Origin: Promethearchaeota archaeon
Lineage (GTDB): Archaea > Asgardarchaeota > Lokiarchaeia > Sigyniarchaeales > SOKP01
Length of the DNA: 64,000 nucleotides
Direction of reading: 5' to 3'
Assembly: GCA_030603385.1 (NCBI GenBank)
Contig: JAUVXW010000001.1
Location: 224,001 to 288,000 of the forward strand
Below the pieces are notes generated by a model. It did no database searches and had not been told where the DNA came from. It saw nothing but the letters and a program-made list of their open reading frames with translations. Positions 61,112 through 64,000 of this stretch are shown here, piece after piece. A program made the translations under genes and the position numbers. The first letter of the stretch is position 1, and every line of letters starts with the position of its first letter.

Positions 61112-61672
61112 TCATATTGCAGCTCGTTGATATAATTTGAATATTAGTGCTTGAAATGCCTCTTTTACATCTTGACCTGTTAGCGCACTTGTTTTATAAT
61201 ATTTAATAATTTTATTATCTTGGGCAAATTTATTTACATGAACATCTGAAGTTGCATAATTTGGGCTTGTAGCTAATGCATTTTGGTCAACTAAATCAGC
61301 TTTATTTCCAAATAATATAGTAGGAATATTCCCACATGCTTCTTTTACATCCGAGAGCCATTTAGTAACATGACCGTAAGTTTCAATTTCTTCAGGAGAA
61401 AGAGAAAAAACAACAATAGCACCACTGCTTCCTGTATAAAACCTGCCACGTAGAGTGCTAAACGTTTCTTGGCCCGCTAAATCCCACAGAAATAATTCTA
61501 CCTTGTCCCCTGCAACATTCGCTTCATATTTCGAAAACTGCATACCTAAAGTTGAAATATAATCTTTTTCAAATGAGTTTGTTGTATATCTTTTAATTAG
61601 TGAAGTTTTCCCGACAGCACTATCCCCTACTATCACAATCTTAAATTTGAAAGCATCACTCAAATGATTCAA
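61112..61672 (-). CDS. Rab-like small GTPase (tandem paralog)
   Basis: GDSAVGKT, YISTLG, WDLAGQE, GNKAD and TSAL motifs. Confidence 0.92.
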   Translation of the reverse strand: MNHLSDAFKFKIVIVGDSAVGKTSLIKRYTTNSFEKDYISTLGMQFSKYEANVAGDKVELFLWDLAGQETFSTLRGRFYTGSSGAIVVFSLSPEEIETYGHVTKWLSDVKEACGNIPTILFGNKADLVDQNALATSPNYATSDVHVNKFAQDNKIIKYYKTSALTGQDVKEAFQALIFKLYQRAAI

Positions 61673-62059
61673 CCTTTTATTTCATTATATGTTTCCTAAA
61701 TAGTAAAAATGAGCTATTTTAAATTTTTACAATATAATAATTACGAATAATTTTATAGAATGATTTCGAATATTTAGAATAAAAAAGCATATGATATCGC
61801 TATATTCTAAAAATCTAGTTAATTCGATTCCCCTTTTGGAACAACTTAATTCTCCCAAAGAAGAATATAAAATTTCGATTGCATATGGAAGAGTTTATTT
61901 AATAAGTCTATCACTTATACTTCTTTTTTTATAAAAATGATAAAAAATGCTTTAAAGAAGATTCTAAAATGGTCTAAAATGTAAAGATTTAAATATTATG
62001 AGATCGAAATTAGTTATTGATTTATTGAAAAATATAATTTAAAAAGAAGTTGATATCCA

Positions 62060-62761
62060 ATGGCTGATTGGAAAAAGTTTATATGGGCAGTACCTATTGT
62101 TGGTGCTATCATCACATTTATATCAATGGCAATTCCTGCGATTACCACATCGACGTTAAGAAGTGAAATGATGGGACCAGCACCATGGGACATGGATTTC
62201 TGGTTGATTGGACGTTTCAAGTTTGGGACTCTTGACGGAGGAGTAGATGAACTCTCTGATGTTTTTGGGGGTATATTTTCAGTACCCATGGTTGCTTTCA
62301 TTATTTGCTTTGCTGGTGTATTAATAGGCGCAATTTTAGCTGTAGCATCAGGAGTACTTGGATTTCGTGGAAATTTTAGAAAAGAAATTGCCCTGGCTGG
62401 TGGGGGTTTAATGGTTCTATTTAGTCTTATCTTTATAATATGGCTAGAAGTTGATATGAGCCTCTTTTCTGGTGACTCTGTAGTTGTCCCTGGGGATGTT
62501 TATACTTATAAGTATAACGTGGGTTTTGGAATAATTGGCCCCATTATTGGTGGAGTGCTTTGTATCGGTTCATTTTTTATGGACAGAATCCCAACAACGG
62601 AACGAATAGTTCCAGAAACACCCAAGCAACCTCAAGTTACAGCTCAACCTCAAGCTGAACCAACTTCAGAAGCAAGGTTTTGTCCTCACTGCGGCACAGA
62701 AGTACCTGGAGATTTTTGTCCAGGTTGTGGAAAACCCTTCCAACCCTTAATTGCACAATAA
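62060..62761 (+). CDS. 4-TM membrane protein with Pro/Gln linker and C-terminal zinc ribbon
   Basis: Four hydrophobic segments; FCPHCG...FCPGCG. Confidence 0.75.
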   Translation: MADWKKFIWAVPIVGAIITFISMAIPAITTSTLRSEMMGPAPWDMDFWLIGRFKFGTLDGGVDELSDVFGGIFSVPMVAFIICFAGVLIGAILAVASGVLGFRGNFRKEIALAGGGLMVLFSLIFIIWLEVDMSLFSGDSVVVPGDVYTYKYNVGFGIIGPIIGGVLCIGSFFMDRIPTTERIVPETPKQPQVTAQPQAEPTSEARFCPHCGTEVPGDFCPGCGKPFQPLIAQ

Positions 62762-62924
62762 AAAAATGATAAAAATCTTAAATAAATTTAATTTTTTCTT
62801 TTTATGATATCATTAATCAGAGAGTTCTTTTGATAAGCAATTAAGATATCCAGAATAATAAAGAATTAAAAAAATTTCCCATTTAAATATTAAAAATAAT
62901 TTCTATTGGCGTTAAAATCTCTCT

Positions 62925-63050
62925 TTATTGTAAATTTTCTTTAAGATTATTTTTTAATTTCTCAGCCAAACTTCCTAGTTTATGAGCAGTCGCAGAAATT
63001 TCTTCCATTGAAGCAGTTTGTTGTTCTGACGACGAGTTTATTCCTTCCAT
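62925..63050 (-). pseudogene. C-terminal remnant of a methyl-accepting chemotaxis-like protein
   Basis: MEGINSSSEQQTASMEEISATAHKLGSLAEKLKNNL, matching the MCP methylation-helix pattern EQQxASMEEIxAxAxxL. Confidence 0.7.
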
Positions 63051-63148
63051 TATTTCAATTAAAACTAGTTAGATAAATTATTTAATTCTATCTCGCTTCA
63101 CAAGTAGAGTAGAATTAAATATTCTTATGTATTAACCTAAGTTTTAGA

Positions 63149-63865
63149 TTATTGAAAACCAAAAAGATTAATCAATTCCTCTGTGTTGTCAACTAATATA
63201 TCTGGATTATGTTCTTGCAAAGTCTCCTTTTTAGCCAGACCAGAAGCTACACATATCATTTTTACATTCGCAGATTTTCCCGCTTCTATATCTGTTGTCA
63301 TATCTCCTATAAAGATAGCTTCTGAGGGTTTTATATTCCATTTATCAAGGATTTTTATAATTCCTTCTGGACTTGGTTTCACTTCTGAAACCTCATTAAA
63401 CCCTATAATAGTGCTGAAAAATTTATTTAAATTAAACTTTTCTAAAACTTCTTCGGCATATTGGCTTTTGTTATTCGTTAAAATTGCTAACTTCAGTTTT
63501 TTATCATAAATTTTGCTAATTAACTCATCTATTCCCGTATATATTGAAGATTCAGCATCTTTATACTTATTGAATTGATTAAATAAAAATATAGCAATAC
63601 GTAGTTTTTTAAAATAACTTAATCCTTCTAAAAACCGTACTTGTAACAAATCATATGAATTAAGAAGAATTTTAGGGATGGGGTAATTTTGGATCTCTTC
63701 AATTAGATGAGCGAGTTCTTCCATAATTTCGTCTGTATTTACATTCATTTCATATTTCTCTACTGAATCGTCGACTGCTTTTTCAATTGCTTCAGAAATA
63801 TTAAAAATCACACCATCCATATCAAAAATGATTCCTTTATATTTTTCTAAGTTAATTTTTTCCAT
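63149..63865 (-). CDS. HAD-family hydrolase (phosphoglycolate phosphatase-like)
   Basis: IFDMDGV, LTN, KPSPEG and IGDMTTDIEAG motifs. Confidence 0.9.
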   Translation of the reverse strand: MEKINLEKYKGIIFDMDGVIFNISEAIEKAVDDSVEKYEMNVNTDEIMEELAHLIEEIQNYPIPKILLNSYDLLQVRFLEGLSYFKKLRIAIFLFNQFNKYKDAESSIYTGIDELISKIYDKKLKLAILTNNKSQYAEEVLEKFNLNKFFSTIIGFNEVSEVKPSPEGIIKILDKWNIKPSEAIFIGDMTTDIEAGKSANVKMICVASGLAKKETLQEHNPDILVDNTEELINLFGFQ

Positions 63866-63966
63866 ACTAAAGTGAATAAATATTTAGAACAATTTTAATT
63901 ATACGAATGGCAATATTTTAAATAAACAAGTATCAACTATTATATTTATTAACTTCTCAGTTTAAA

Positions 63967-64000
63967 ATGAACGAAAAAAAAGAAGAAGAAAACGAAGAGC
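63967..64000 (+). CDS. probable start of next gene, partial
   Basis: ATG followed by an open frame MNEKKEEENEE running off the window end. Confidence 0.4.
   Translation, partial: MNEKKEEENEE

Noticed and set aside
61791-61976. Possible short ORF between the GTPase pair and the membrane protein gene
   Set aside because: No recognisable motif or ribosome-binding signal
4713-63509. Many short antisense or overlapping ORFs in the track (e.g. 5971-6279, 20715-21008, 37028-37432, 42287-42787, 47494-47946, 54008-54307, 63183-63509)
   Set aside because: They shadow well-supported genes and have no recognisable motifs
1-64000. tRNA, rRNA and CRISPR arrays
   Set aside because: No GC-rich structured intergenic segments or regularly spaced direct repeats were seen

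Overview
AT-rich archaeal chromosomal window, very probably Asgard (Lokiarchaeia-like). This is inferred from three small Arf/Rab-like GTPases, an EF-2 with a non-canonical diphthamide loop, an IPGY-TM-basic anchored binding protein and STT3-like AglB motifs. Most of it is information-processing core: rpoA2 end, L30e, nusA, S12, S7, pyrB, L44e, S27e, TFS, PCNA, priL, priS, GINS, nop10, aIF2a, EF-1a, rpoL, csl4, eno, rfcS, truA, aglB, uvrB, uvrA, aIF5B, cca and EF-2. The top finding is that uvrB is interrupted by a 30-nt, stop-containing insertion (27907-27936) that folds into a bulge-helix-bulge-like motif. Canonical cleavage of that motif exactly restores the conserved [10 protein letters not shown] motif, making it a candidate tRNA-endonuclease-type intron in a protein-coding DNA-repair gene. 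Between uvrB and the intact uvrA lies a ~20.5 kb catabolic island whose left edge is a 22-codon uvrA 5' remnant. It encodes a crotonase, an Fe-S protein, a Dpp/Opp-type ABC system with membrane-fused ATPases, two tandem glycyl radical enzymes, a hydrolase, an activase and a TetR, with a repeated palindromic operator candidate TAAATTTAC-N3-GTAAATTTA. Also notable are a wHTH/ATP-cone/degenerate NrdD fusion lacking the glycyl-radical domain, an AglB with five repeated C-terminal beta domains, and several gene remnants. No rRNA, tRNA, CRISPR array or transposase was recognised. All calls come from reading the sequence; no searches were run.
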